Source of the DNA: Candidatus Omnitrophota bacterium
GTDB lineage: Bacteria; Omnitrophota; Gorgyraeia; Zapsychrales; Zapsychraceae
Reading direction: 5' to 3'
DNA: 61,569 bases
Assembly: GCA_003528115.1 (NCBI GenBank)
Contig: DOGZ01000022.1
Coordinates: forward strand, 24,397-85,965
In this document: positions 37,373 through 46,378 of the stretch, piece after piece
How the letters are laid out: each line of letters starts with the position of its first letter
Position numbering within the stretch: the stretch's first letter is position 1
Translations under genes and position numbers: made by a program
The notes under the pieces: generated by a model
The model's database searches: none
Seen by the model: the letters and a program-made list of their open reading frames with translations, nothing else
Told to the model about the DNA's origin: nothing

Positions 37373-38899
37373 GTGGAACAAAAAGAGTTTCATGCGCGCA
37401 ATGGACAGAGTTGGGAGTTAAATCAAATTCCTATTCTAGAAGAAAGTTCGTTCCGGCAGAAAATTTTGGAGGGATGTCATCACAATTTAAGACTTGTTAA
37501 TCTATATGCCCAACAGGATGAGAATAGGAATATCAAAGTTTTTGCGATACTCGGGAATGATCAAGAAGGAAGATTGACGGTTTTTGCCATGCAGATACCG
37601 CACGATCAAGCGTTGTTCCAATCATTGACATCTGAACTTCCCCAAGCCCATATGTTTGAAAGGGAAATGGCCGAGCAGTTTGCGATTGCACCCATAGGAC
37701 ATCCTTGGCTTAAGCCGGTGCGTTATCATCAGAATTATCGCAATGTCTCTGATCTGTGGCCGGAGGTTTCTTCAAAGTCTATCCCGGGAGTTTATCCTTT
37801 TTATCGTGTAAATGGTGAAGAAGTGCATGAAGTAGCTGTTGGACCTGTTCATGCGGGTATTATTGAACCCGGACATTTTCGTTTTCAATGTCATGGCGAA
37901 GAAATCTTAAATTTAGAAATTCAGTTGGGTTATCAGCATCGTGGTATCGAGAAAGTGATGGAAAATGTTTCAGTAGAAAGAGCTGTGCTTTTGGCTGAAT
38001 CAATTGCCGGAGACTCTGTCATCGGGCATGCGACGGCCTATTGCAATATTATTGAATCGTTAAGCGACTGTGAAATATCTCCTCGGGCGGAAGCGATTCG
38101 ATCAATCGCTCTTGAATTGGAACGGCTTTCCAATCATATCGGGGATTTAGGCGCTTTAAGCACAGATATAGGCTTTTTACCGCCGTCGGCATATTTCGGC
38201 CGGCTCCGGGGAGAATTTTTAAATTTATTGATGGAGTTAAGCGGCAACCGTTACGGACGAAGTTTGTGTCGTCCCGGCGGAGTTTTATTTGATTTGGATG
38301 AAGGAATGATTAAAAATTTTCGAGAACGGCTTTTGATCGCCCAAAGAGATTTAAAAGAAATATCGGATCTGTTTTTTTCAAAATCATCGGTTCTTTCACG
38401 TCTTGAAGGAACAGGAATAGTTTCAAAGAAGACGGCTAAAGAGCTAGGACTTGTCGGTCCGGTGGCCCGTGCTTCGGGGCTCGGCCTTGATGTCCGTAGC
38501 GATTATGCCTTTGGGATGTATCGTTTTAATTATATTCCTGTTTCCACAGTTCATTCGGGAGATGTGTACGCCCGGGCACTCATCCGCTGGCTCGAGTCTC
38601 AGCGGTCGATTGAATTTCTTTTAGATGTATTGAATCAGATTCCCGAGGGAGATTTACAAACAAAGGTTTCCGTATTGAAACCAAATCATATGGCTTTATC
38701 TATGATCGAAGGGTGGCGGGGAGAAATTGTCCACGTGGCGATGACGGATTCCAATTCCCGCGTTGTGCGTTATAAAATAAAAGATCCTTCTTTTAGTAAT
38801 TGGATGGGTCTTTCTATGGCGGTGCGTGGCGTGCAGATTTCCGATTTTCCGCTTTGCAATAAAAGTTTTAATTTGTCTTACGCTGGGCACGATCTTTAA
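37373..38899 (+). CDS. NuoC-NuoD / HycE-like 'large subunit' lacking all four [NiFe] cysteine ligands (Ehr-type)
   Basis: GPVHAGIIEPGHFRF, LEIQLGYQHRGIEK. The L1 site reads AGDSVIGH (38006-38029) and the L2 site NLSYAGHDL (38870-38896), in place of CGxCxxxH and DPCxxCxxR. Confidence 0.85.
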   Translation: MEQKEFHARNGQSWELNQIPILEESSFRQKILEGCHHNLRLVNLYAQQDENRNIKVFAILGNDQEGRLTVFAMQIPHDQALFQSLTSELPQAHMFEREMAEQFAIAPIGHPWLKPVRYHQNYRNVSDLWPEVSSKSIPGVYPFYRVNGEEVHEVAVGPVHAGIIEPGHFRFQCHGEEILNLEIQLGYQHRGIEKVMENVSVERAVLLAESIAGDSVIGHATAYCNIIESLSDCEISPRAEAIRSIALELERLSNHIGDLGALSTDIGFLPPSAYFGRLRGEFLNLLMELSGNRYGRSLCRPGGVLFDLDEGMIKNFRERLLIAQRDLKEISDLFFSKSSVLSRLEGTGIVSKKTAKELGLVGPVARASGLGLDVRSDYAFGMYRFNYIPVSTVHSGDVYARALIRWLESQRSIEFLLDVLNQIPEGDLQTKVSVLKPNHMALSMIEGWRGEIVHVAMTDSNSRVVRYKIKDPSFSNWMGLSMAVRGVQISDFPLCNKSFNLSYAGHDL

Positions 38900-38938
38900 T
38901 GGTTTGACTTCGCTCACCACAAGGGAGGTATTTGAGTT

Positions 38939-39700
38939 ATGTGGGGTGTAATCGTCAATCGATTTAAACAGGGATTTAGGACATTGTCCTATCCTAAAGA
39001 AATCCCTTCTTTCCCGAAACGTTTTCGTGGCAGACCAATTATTCCAACCACAGAAACCCAATTTTTAATCGACAAAGAGAAAGACCCTTTAGGTGCGGTT
39101 GTGCTCGAAAAGAAACCTGCGATTGATATGGGGAAATGTTTGTTCAATGAAGATATGAAAACTGTTTGTTCAAAAGGGACTTTGATTTATTCTCAAGATC
39201 ATCGTATGGCTGTTTCAAAAAGGGAGGATTTGATTATTCAAGATGAGGTCAGGCTGGCCACCGCACTCAATGAAAAGACAAGAAGGATTTTCGGAAGATC
39301 ACTTAAATTGCGAGAGGTCTGTGCGGGGAGTTGTGGCGGTTGCGATGCCGAAATTCAGGCGATGGGGAATGTGGTTTTTGACTTATCGCGCTTTGGAATT
39401 CAATTTGTCGCTTCTCCTCGACATGCGGACGGCTTGATGATCACGGGTCCGGTCACAAAAAATATGGAATTGGCTTTAAGGAAAACTTATGAGGCTGTTC
39501 CCCAGTCTAAAATTGTCATTGCCGTTGGGGCCTGTGCCATCAGTGGGGGCCCGTTTCAAGGAGGGAAAGAGGTTCATAACGGCGTTGAGGAATTGATCCC
39601 AGTGGACTTGTATATTCCCGGATGCCCTCCGCATCCGTTGACCATTCTTGATGGGTTACTTCGTTTGCTTGGGAGATTGCAAAATGAAAAAAGAATATAA
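38939..39700 (+). CDS. NuoB/HycG-like small subunit retaining the [4Fe-4S] Cys ligands, with a ~115-aa N-terminal extension
   Basis: GSCGGCDAEI, GACAISGGPF and IPGCPPHP motifs. The N-terminal region (IDMGKCLFNEDMKTVCSKG) looks like a cysteine-depleted ferredoxin motif. Confidence 0.8.
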   Translation: MWGVIVNRFKQGFRTLSYPKEIPSFPKRFRGRPIIPTTETQFLIDKEKDPLGAVVLEKKPAIDMGKCLFNEDMKTVCSKGTLIYSQDHRMAVSKREDLIIQDEVRLATALNEKTRRIFGRSLKLREVCAGSCGGCDAEIQAMGNVVFDLSRFGIQFVASPRHADGLMITGPVTKNMELALRKTYEAVPQSKIVIAVGACAISGGPFQGGKEVHNGVEELIPVDLYIPGCPPHPLTILDGLLRLLGRLQNEKRI

Positions 39701-39920
39701 AAGTTTAAAAATTTGTCGTCTTTGTTTGTCCTTTGTTTGATAGGTACACCCGAAGGACATCTCTATTGTGGCTTGACAGCGGACATCGGTCGTTTTTTGC
39801 CTTGTGCGTTAAAATGATTCCATGTAGAATAACCGCGATTTATGTCATTTGTCGAAGGCGGTTTATCCGGCAGGGACCCCGGGCATGCCCGTCGGGCTCC
39901 ATATCCAGAGGTTTTAAATC

Positions 39921-40979
39921 ATGCTTAATATCGGTGTTATAGGATTCGGCTACTGGGGGCCTAATGTCGTTCGCAATTTGACGGCTATCCGGGAGACGGC
40001 TGTTAAAATGATCTGCGACAGTCAACCGGTCATCTTAAAAGAGGCGCGGGAACTTTATCCCCACATCCGTGTGTGTCTGGATTATAAGGAAGTCGTGACC
40101 TCCCCGGACATCGACGCCGTGGCTATTGTCACTCCGGTATCCACCCATTATCAGCTTGCCAAACAGGCGTTGGAAAACGGCAAGCATATCTTTGTGGAAA
40201 AGCCGTTCACGCGTAGCATCGAAGAGGCCGAAGAACTGATCCGATTGGCCGAGAAAAATCATTTAAAGATCATGGTCGATCATACCTTTATCTTTACCGG
40301 CGCTGTCCGGAAGATCAAAGAGGTGATTGATAATAACACATTAGGCGATTTGTATTATTATGATTCCACGCGGGTGAGTTTAGGATTATACCAGCATGAC
40401 GTGAATGTCATCTGGGACCTGGCACCGCATGATTTCTCCATCATTGATTATGTCATTAAGAACAAGCCGTTGGCCTTGATCGCCCAGGGGGCGGACCACG
40501 TCGGCCGCGGTCAGGAAAATATCGCGTACATCACCTTGTATTACGATAAAAAACTCATCGTGCATATCAATGTCAATTGGCTCTCTCCAGTGAAGGTCAG
40601 GCATACCTTGATCGGCGGAAAGAAGAAGATGCTGGTCTGGGATGATTTGGAGGCCGATGAGAAGATCAAGATTTATGATAAGGGGTTCATCGTCGAGAAT
40701 AAAGAAGGGATTCATCATCTGCGCGTGGACTACCGCTCGGGCGATATGTGGTCCCCCCGGCTGGAGCATGAAGAGGCGTTAAAGCGGGAATTAAAGTATT
40801 TTGTCCATTGTATCGAAAACGATGAAACTCCCGTCAATGACGGTCAGGCCGGGCTCAGGGTCGTCAAGATGTTGACTCTCGCGGATCTTTCTTTGAAAAA
40901 CGGCGGGACGTTAATTAAACTGCAGAAGAATGTCGAAGATGAGCTCCTGGCGTCGGGAGCGGATAGAAATATTCCCTGA
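39921..40979 (+). CDS. Gfo/Idh/MocA-family sugar-nucleotide oxidoreductase (WbpB-like)
   Basis: MLNIGVIGFGYWGPNVVRNL Rossmann N-terminus, EKP motif (VEKPF); glycan-cluster context. Confidence 0.85.
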   Translation: MLNIGVIGFGYWGPNVVRNLTAIRETAVKMICDSQPVILKEARELYPHIRVCLDYKEVVTSPDIDAVAIVTPVSTHYQLAKQALENGKHIFVEKPFTRSIEEAEELIRLAEKNHLKIMVDHTFIFTGAVRKIKEVIDNNTLGDLYYYDSTRVSLGLYQHDVNVIWDLAPHDFSIIDYVIKNKPLALIAQGADHVGRGQENIAYITLYYDKKLIVHINVNWLSPVKVRHTLIGGKKKMLVWDDLEADEKIKIYDKGFIVENKEGIHHLRVDYRSGDMWSPRLEHEEALKRELKYFVHCIENDETPVNDGQAGLRVVKMLTLADLSLKNGGTLIKLQKNVEDELLASGADRNIP

Positions 40980-41005
40980 CCTCGTTGGAAAGGCTTCTTT
41001 AAGAA

Positions 41006-42010
41006 ATGAATTTTACGCACAACACCACCATTTTATTGACCGGCGGCGCGGGTTTTGTCGGCTCTCACGTGATCGATCAGCTTTTGCCTGAAGGGATCCG
41101 GGAGATTGTCGTCATCGACAATTTTGTCCGGGGCTCCAGGGAAAATATTCAGGGGCCTTTGGCCGGCGGACGTGTCCGACTGATGGAAGGGGACATCCGC
41201 GACCGGGATTTAATCGACGAAGCCTTTAAAGGCGTCGATTTTTGTTTTCATCTGGCGGCCTTGAGAATAACGCAATGCGCGGCTGAACCGCGGGAGGCCC
41301 TGGAGATTATGTATGACGGCACCTTCAATGTCCTGGAAGCGTGTGTGAAACATCACGTCAAGAAATTAGTCTTCGCCTCCTCAGCCTCCGTTTACGGCCA
41401 GGCGGTGGTCTTTCCGACCCGGGAAGAACATCACCCTTACGGAAATTATACGCTTTACGGCGCGGCCAAGATGGCCAATGAATTAATGTGCCGGTCCTTC
41501 AGTCATATGTATGGCCTCAAATTCAACGCCCTTCGGTATTTTAATATTTACGGTCCCCGCATGGACGCGTATGGAAAATATACCGAGGTCCTGATCCGCT
41601 GGTATCACGCGATCAGAGAGGGGAAGCCGCCTCTGATTTATGGCGACGGTCGGCAGACCATGGATTTTGTTTATATCGAGGAAATTGCCCGGGCGACCAT
41701 TTTGGCATTAAAGGCCGATGTCTGCGATGAGGCCTTCAATATCGCCGGCGGTGTCGAGACATCGCTGGAGGAACTGTGTTATTTGCTGCTGGAGGTGATG
41801 GCCTCAGATTTGAAACCGCGGTATGTCCCTTTGCCCGAAGACCGAAAGAAAGTGGAGGTTTGGCGGCGTCTGGCGGATACTTCCAAGGCCAAGGCCATGA
41901 TCGGGTTTGAAGCGAAGGTGGATTTGAAAGAAGGGCTGAGGCATTTGGTCCGATGGTTGGATAAAGAAGTCGGCCGCAAGGAAACGCGTGATTGTGTCGT
42001 TAAATACTGA
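41006..42010 (+). CDS. NAD-dependent sugar-nucleotide epimerase/dehydratase (SDR extended family)
   Basis: LLTGGAGFVGSH; catalytic YxxxK in YGAAK. Confidence 0.85.
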   Translation: MNFTHNTTILLTGGAGFVGSHVIDQLLPEGIREIVVIDNFVRGSRENIQGPLAGGRVRLMEGDIRDRDLIDEAFKGVDFCFHLAALRITQCAAEPREALEIMYDGTFNVLEACVKHHVKKLVFASSASVYGQAVVFPTREEHHPYGNYTLYGAAKMANELMCRSFSHMYGLKFNALRYFNIYGPRMDAYGKYTEVLIRWYHAIREGKPPLIYGDGRQTMDFVYIEEIARATILALKADVCDEAFNIAGGVETSLEELCYLLLEVMASDLKPRYVPLPEDRKKVEVWRRLADTSKAKAMIGFEAKVDLKEGLRHLVRWLDKEVGRKETRDCVVKY

Positions 42011-42136
42011 TTTCCGGAAAAGTAACGGAACTCTATGGTAGTATCTCTACCTGCGTTCTCTGAAGGATACGGTTTCATTAATTGTACGTAGGTCAATAAT
42101 TGATGAATTTTCTGATTTCCGAGGGGCCGGTCAAAT

Positions 42137-43390
42137 ATGATTCCCGTCGCTAAACCTAATTTAGGAGAAGAAGAGGCCGCTGCTATCCGCGAGGTGATTC
42201 TCTCGGGATGGATCGCCCAGGGGCCGAAGGTGAAAGCGTTCGAAGAGGCGTTCGCGGCTTATAGCGGGTGCCGGTACGCGTGCGCGGTCTCCAATTGCAC
42301 GACGGCTTTGCATCTCGCCCTTTTGGTTCTCGGCGTAAAGCCGGGCGACGTTGTCATCACGGTCAGCCATTCCTTCATCGCGACGGCCAACAGTATCCGT
42401 TACTGCGGGGCCGAACCTGTCTTTGTGGATATTGATCCCGCCACGTATAATATCTCCCCCGAAGGACTGGAAAGACTATTCAGAGAAGATTGTGAACTCA
42501 TCGACGGGAAATTGTTTTACAAACAGGCCCTCCGGCTCCTGACCGGCGAATCGCCGTTGCGGGCGTTGTCCAAGGATGCCGTACCTCGTCTGGGCCGTGT
42601 TGCGGCCGTCCTTATGGTTCATCAGATGGGGATGCCTTGTGACTTGGGGAGAGTTTTGCCTCTGGCCAGAGCGTGGAATCTTCCGGTTATTGAAGACGCG
42701 GCGTGCGCGATCGGAAGCGAGACCCGTTGGGAGGACGACGGACCTTGGGAGAAGATCGGGCGGCCGCACGGGGACTTGGCGTGTTTTTCTTTTCATCCGC
42801 GCAAGATTCTGACAACGGCCGAAGGCGGGATGATCACGACGAGTAATCCCGCATATGATCGCAAGCTGCGTCTCCTGCGTCACCAGGGAATGAGCGTCTC
42901 GGATTTGATCAGGCATCAGTCCCAAAGCGTTATTGTCGAAGAATATCCCGTGGTCGGGTATAACTACCGGCTGACGGATATTCAGGCCGCTCTGGGGTTG
43001 GCGCAATTAAAGAAATTGCCGCAGATGATCCTTAGGCGCAGAGACCTAGCCGCCGCGTATCAAAGAGAACTGCGCGGGATCGGCTGGGTTGAGTTGCCTC
43101 AGGAACCTCCTTACGCCAGGACGAATTGGCAGAGTTTTCCTGTGCGCGTGCGGGAAGACGCTCCCTTAAACCGCAATGAACTCATGCAGAGCCTTCTGGA
43201 TGCCGGCATTTCCACGAGGCCGGGGATTATGAATGCCCATCAGGAAGAGCCCTATCAACCGCAGCGCTGGCATTTGCCGCATTCCGAAAAGGCGCGGCAG
43301 GAGACAATCCTTCTTCCGCTTTTTGACGCGATGAACGAAGAGGATTTTTATAAAGTCATTCATCATCTGAAAGGATGTCTGGTGAAATGA
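42137..43390 (+). CDS. DegT/DnrJ/EryC1/StrS-family sugar aminotransferase
   Basis: MIPVAKPNLGEEE.., catalytic Lys context SFHPRKIL, YNYRLTDIQAALG. Confidence 0.85.
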   Translation: MIPVAKPNLGEEEAAAIREVILSGWIAQGPKVKAFEEAFAAYSGCRYACAVSNCTTALHLALLVLGVKPGDVVITVSHSFIATANSIRYCGAEPVFVDIDPATYNISPEGLERLFREDCELIDGKLFYKQALRLLTGESPLRALSKDAVPRLGRVAAVLMVHQMGMPCDLGRVLPLARAWNLPVIEDAACAIGSETRWEDDGPWEKIGRPHGDLACFSFHPRKILTTAEGGMITTSNPAYDRKLRLLRHQGMSVSDLIRHQSQSVIVEEYPVVGYNYRLTDIQAALGLAQLKKLPQMILRRRDLAAAYQRELRGIGWVELPQEPPYARTNWQSFPVRVREDAPLNRNELMQSLLDAGISTRPGIMNAHQEEPYQPQRWHLPHSEKARQETILLPLFDAMNEEDFYKVIHHLKGCLVK

Positions 43391-45093
43391 AACGGCGTAT
43401 TCTGGGTATCCAGGCCTTTTTCCCGGACTCATCCGCGTGCCTGGTGGAGGAGGGAAAGATCCTGTGCGCGGTTCAGGAGGAGAGGCTCACCCGTCACAAA
43501 CGGACGCGGGCCTTTCCGAACAAAGCCATTGAGTATTGTTTAAAGAAAACAAATACGTCTCTGGAAGAGATTGATACCGTCGCCTTTCCCGTCAATCCGG
43601 GGATTTATCTGGAACATTTTAATTCTCCACAGTCCGCCCAGCCAAGATACCGCGGCGAAATTTGGTACAGTGTCCTGAATCACCTCATGGCCCTGGCTCC
43701 GGAACCGTTGCGCGTGACGGACGCCGCGCAACACATCGGGTTCGCCGGCAATGGCAAGATGCATATCCAGTACGTCGATCATCATCTGGCCCACGCGGCG
43801 ATAGGATTTTATCCATCGGGTTTTCAAGAGGCCGCGATCCTTTCGGTGGACGGATTCGGCGAGAAAGATTGCGTTATGTTCGCCCGGGGCCGGGGGCAGC
43901 GCATTGAACCTTTCTTCCGGCAGGAGTTTCCGCATAGCTTGGGATGTTTTTATCTCACCATGACGGAGTTCCTGGGGTTTACCCCTAACAGCGATGAGTG
44001 GAAGGTGATGGGCGCGAGTTCGTACGGCCGTCCCGAGGTTTATTATGAGACGTTATTGTCCTTATTTAAATTTAAGGAAATGGGGTTTGAACTGGATTTG
44101 AATTATTTTAACTTTTATAATTTTCACCGGCCGTTGAATTATTCTTCCAAGCTTCTGGAGCTCATCGGTCCTGCCCGACGAAGCGGTGAAGAAATGACCC
44201 AACGGCATTTTGATATCGCCGCCGCCACCCAGAAAGTGGCGGAGACGGTTCTTTTCAGGCTTGCGGCCCAATTGTATGAAAAGGCAGGACTAGACAGATT
44301 ATGTTTTTCCGGCGGAGTGGCGATGAATTCTGTTTTAAACGGCAAGATTGTAACCCATTCTCCTTTTAAGGACGTGTATATCCCCTTTTCACCGGATGAC
44401 AGCGGGGGAAGCATCGGCGCCGCTCTTTACGTGGCGCATCATCTCAAAGGGATGCCGCGTCAAGAATGGACGCATAATTATCTGGGCCCCGCGTACGCGC
44501 AGGAAGAGATCCTCGGCGAGTTGAAAAAGTTTGGTCTCACGTATGAGGTTTCGCCGGATCCGGCTAAGGAGGCCGCCGAGGCGCTGTGCGCGGGCAAGAT
44601 CATCGGCTGGTTTCAAGGGGCGCTCGAATTCGGGGACAGGGCCCTGGGCAACCGGAGCATCCTGGCGGATCCCCGCAAGCCCGAGATGAAAGATGCCGTT
44701 AATATCAAGGTCAAATTCCGCGAAGAGTTCCGGCCTTTTGCCCCGTCGATTTTGGAAGAATGTTTGGAGGAATATTTTGAAGAAGCCAGGCCGACGCCTT
44801 TTATGGAGAAGGTCTTTACCGTTAAAGAAAATAAAAGGGAAGATATCCCTGCCGTGGTGCATGTGGATGGCTCGGGCCGGTTGCAGACGGTCAGTGAGAG
44901 GACGAATCCGCTCTACCATTCTCTAATCAAACATTTCCAGGCGTTGACCGGAATCCCGGTGGTTTTGAATACGAGCTTTAACGTGAAAGGCGAGCCGATG
45001 GTGTGCTCGGTGCAGGATGCCGTACGGACCTTTTACACCTGCGGCCTGCAGGTGTTGTTTCTAGGGAAGTATGTGGTGAAAAAGGGCGCATAA
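43387..45093 (+). CDS. NodU/CmcH-family carbamoyltransferase
   Basis: MKRRILGIQAFFPDSSACLVEEGKILCAVQEERLTRHK N-terminal signature. ATGA overlap with the DegT stop at 43387-43390. Confidence 0.9.
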   Translation: MKRRILGIQAFFPDSSACLVEEGKILCAVQEERLTRHKRTRAFPNKAIEYCLKKTNTSLEEIDTVAFPVNPGIYLEHFNSPQSAQPRYRGEIWYSVLNHLMALAPEPLRVTDAAQHIGFAGNGKMHIQYVDHHLAHAAIGFYPSGFQEAAILSVDGFGEKDCVMFARGRGQRIEPFFRQEFPHSLGCFYLTMTEFLGFTPNSDEWKVMGASSYGRPEVYYETLLSLFKFKEMGFELDLNYFNFYNFHRPLNYSSKLLELIGPARRSGEEMTQRHFDIAAATQKVAETVLFRLAAQLYEKAGLDRLCFSGGVAMNSVLNGKIVTHSPFKDVYIPFSPDDSGGSIGAALYVAHHLKGMPRQEWTHNYLGPAYAQEEILGELKKFGLTYEVSPDPAKEAAEALCAGKIIGWFQGALEFGDRALGNRSILADPRKPEMKDAVNIKVKFREEFRPFAPSILEECLEEYFEEARPTPFMEKVFTVKENKREDIPAVVHVDGSGRLQTVSERTNPLYHSLIKHFQALTGIPVVLNTSFNVKGEPMVCSVQDAVRTFYTCGLQVLFLGKYVVKKGA

Positions 45094-45155
45094 ATTATGA
45101 AGATGATGCTCCCGGTGCAATCCAACACGCTTAAGTCCGAGGGATGTTTTAAAAG

Positions 45156-45413
45156 ATGGATCAACGAGATCATAAAAAACAGAGGGTTGAAATGAACAGA
45201 TATTTTGATGGGGAATCGCTGGTTGTTATGGCAATCACTTTAGGGCTTTTTGTCACAGCCCTTTTTGTCAAGGGATTCACGCACGACCTCCTGCTGGAGG
45301 CCGGTATTTTTCTTATCTCGGTCAAGATCATTATGGCGGGATATAGAAATCATAGGGACATGAGTGAGATCAAAGCCAGGCTGGATGAGTTGAAGAAAAT
45401 GATGGAACGTTAA
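45156..45413 (+). CDS. small membrane protein, hypothetical
   Basis: 85-aa ORF with two hydrophobic segments. It still has the higher-GC composition of the flanking cluster. Confidence 0.45.
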   Translation: MDQRDHKKQRVEMNRYFDGESLVVMAITLGLFVTALFVKGFTHDLLLEAGIFLISVKIIMAGYRNHRDMSEIKARLDELKKMMER

Positions 45414-45523
45414 CGTATAGGTATTTAGATAAACCGATAGAATAATAGAGTTTATTTTTGCAGCTTCGGATGTCCGATGGGTACACTATCTACTGACTTT
45501 GATGGCATTCGTAGAAAAAATAT

Positions 45524-45691
45524 ATGAGTAAAAATAATCCAAATGTTTATATTATTGCAGGCCCGAATGTGGCAGGTAAGACGACATTTGCTAGGCAGTT
45601 CTTACCTTTAATAGCTAGAGGAATAGGGGATAAGGTAGAGATTATTGACCATGATTTATACGAATCCATTTTAAAGAGAAAGGGTTCTTAA
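45524..45691 (+). pseudogene. internally deleted zeta-toxin/AAA-like P-loop gene remnant
   Basis: MSKNNPNVYIIAGPNVAGKTTFARQFLP (Walker A) runs after ~30 aa directly into a C-terminal-like tail. 55 codons, whereas I expect ~190-aa relatives. Confidence 0.45.
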
Positions 45692-46021
45692 ACGACAAAG
45701 ACCCAACAGATCAAATTACATAAAAGCGCTCAGAAAGCTATGCGTGAAGCAGTTAAAGGTGTGGTTTTAGAACACAAAAGAATTGATTTACCATTGGCTG
45801 TTTGGAAAAATGGAAAGGTAGTTAATATTTCGGCTAAGAAATTAAAATAATTTAGACAGGCCGTTGCCTGCACCACCAAAGGCGAGAGGTGAAGTATTGT
45901 ACGACTTTGGCCGGATTTTTAGAAAAGTGTATCTTTCAAGGCCAGGCCATGATCGTGACAAGGTATCTTTTTAAATAAACAAGTCACAACTAAATTAAAA
46001 ATATTACAAAATACCGTACAA

Positions 46022-46378
46022 ATGCTGACGGACTTAAGCGAACGTAAAGCATTAACAAGCGATGAGGTCAAAGGGTTATTTCAAGTTATTCGTGATTATA
46101 GTTATGGCTTAAGCGTTTTGGATGATTACGATCATGGACGCATTGCAGTTAAAACAGCGACTAAAAAGGAATTCTATCAATTAACTGCCGTTAATCTTAT
46201 CGAACAAATGAAAAAGCAGTTTGGCGCTTCAGGTTTATTTGGCAAAGAAAAAGACGAATCATTCAAAAGTTCATTAGGCGCCATTTACCAAATCTTATTG
46301 CGCGGGGAGATATCTTACAGAAGAAAAATCTTTAAGAACTGTCAACCCAAAGCTCGCGAAAGAATGGCATCCATTTAA
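46022..46378 (+). pseudogene. N-terminal fragment of a RhuM/Fic-DOC-type protein, truncated before the Fic motif
   Basis: VIRDYSYGLSVLDDYDHGRI...LFGKEKDESFKSSLGAIYQ resembles the region preceding HxFxDGNKR in Fic/DOC proteins. The frame then degenerates and stops. Confidence 0.4.

Noticed and set aside
32396-39700. Calling this block hydrogenase-4 / formate hydrogenlyase (hyf/hyc) or Ech hydrogenase
   Set aside because: The large-subunit homologue has no Cys at any of the four Ni-Fe ligand positions. No hyp/hycI maturation genes, ferredoxin-type subunit or formate dehydrogenase are present. It is better described as an Ehr-type module of unknown function.
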